A stretch of DNA of 64,000 nucleotides, from contig OX597815.1 in assembly GCA_951406725.2 (NCBI GenBank), forward strand, positions 32,116,001 through 32,180,000. Reading direction: 5' to 3'. The notes below the pieces were generated by a model. That model was not told the origin of the DNA. It ran no database searches and worked only from the letters and a program-made list of their open reading frames with translations. This stretch comes from Octopus vulgaris. Its lineage: Eukaryota. Made by a program: the position numbers and the translations under genes. Below are positions 63,431 to 64,000 of the stretch, piece after piece (the stretch's first letter is position 1; every line of letters begins with the position of its first letter).

Positions 63431-64000
63431 TGAGTAAAAAATGAAGACGAAAATGATAAGAATCGTGAAACTAAAAGTCATCCAAGACGGTGAACTGGTT
63501 TCATGAAAGCCAAAGATTCATTTGATTAATGCCGACCAAACTTTTTACGGAAGACAATAATGTCATAATTTCTCACTCACTGTCCCTTGAAATATATTTG
63601 TCAAAGGAAGACCAATATTATGAGTGAAGGGGGAGTGCATTAAAGGGATGTGTTGTTGCTGTTGTTATTATTGTTACCGCCGTTGTTGTTGCTTTATTTG
63701 TTCTATTCATATGATTGTGACCGATCGATTAAACCTATTATTTAAGCATTCCATCCATGACCATTCCGGCTTCTTACTTCCTTTTTTATAGCGCTTCGGT
63801 GCTATAATAGCCAATGTGAAATTCTTCATTTTAAATGATAGATAATTGGGGAGGGGTTGAGATTTGTCTGTTATTCCTAACAGATCGAACAACCTACAAA
63901 AAATTCTAACGTAAGGAAAACAGTAATTATCAGGTGAATGAAGCCTACAGAATGCCATGTTATTTCACTTCACTAACACCGCAAGCACTCTTAAAAAACA

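Overview
AT-rich, microsatellite-dense animal DNA made almost entirely of repeats. The SINE families suggest an octopus/coleoid cephalopod genome (inference, not verified). No intact protein-coding gene is supported; most ORFs in the track are microsatellite translations. The window holds four tRNA-derived SINE families, decayed CR1/L2-type and R4/Dong LINEs, mariner/Tc1, hAT and piggyBac MITEs, Helitrons, Gypsy and Penelope remnants, and an isolated 18S rRNA fragment. Two things stand out. (1) Minimal type-I hammerhead-ribozyme-like motifs occur in at least six unrelated short elements (690, 22595, 28149, 28896/29169, 38729, 41747, plus a four-copy family). Several have non-canonical cores, and one pair sits in the arms of a 295-bp near-perfect inverted repeat. 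(2) A non-autonomous LTR retroelement is arranged LTR-int-LTR-int-LTR (9947-14729) with a tRNA-Trp primer site, a PPT and a 4-bp TSD. All calls were made by eye; boundaries of decayed elements are approximate.
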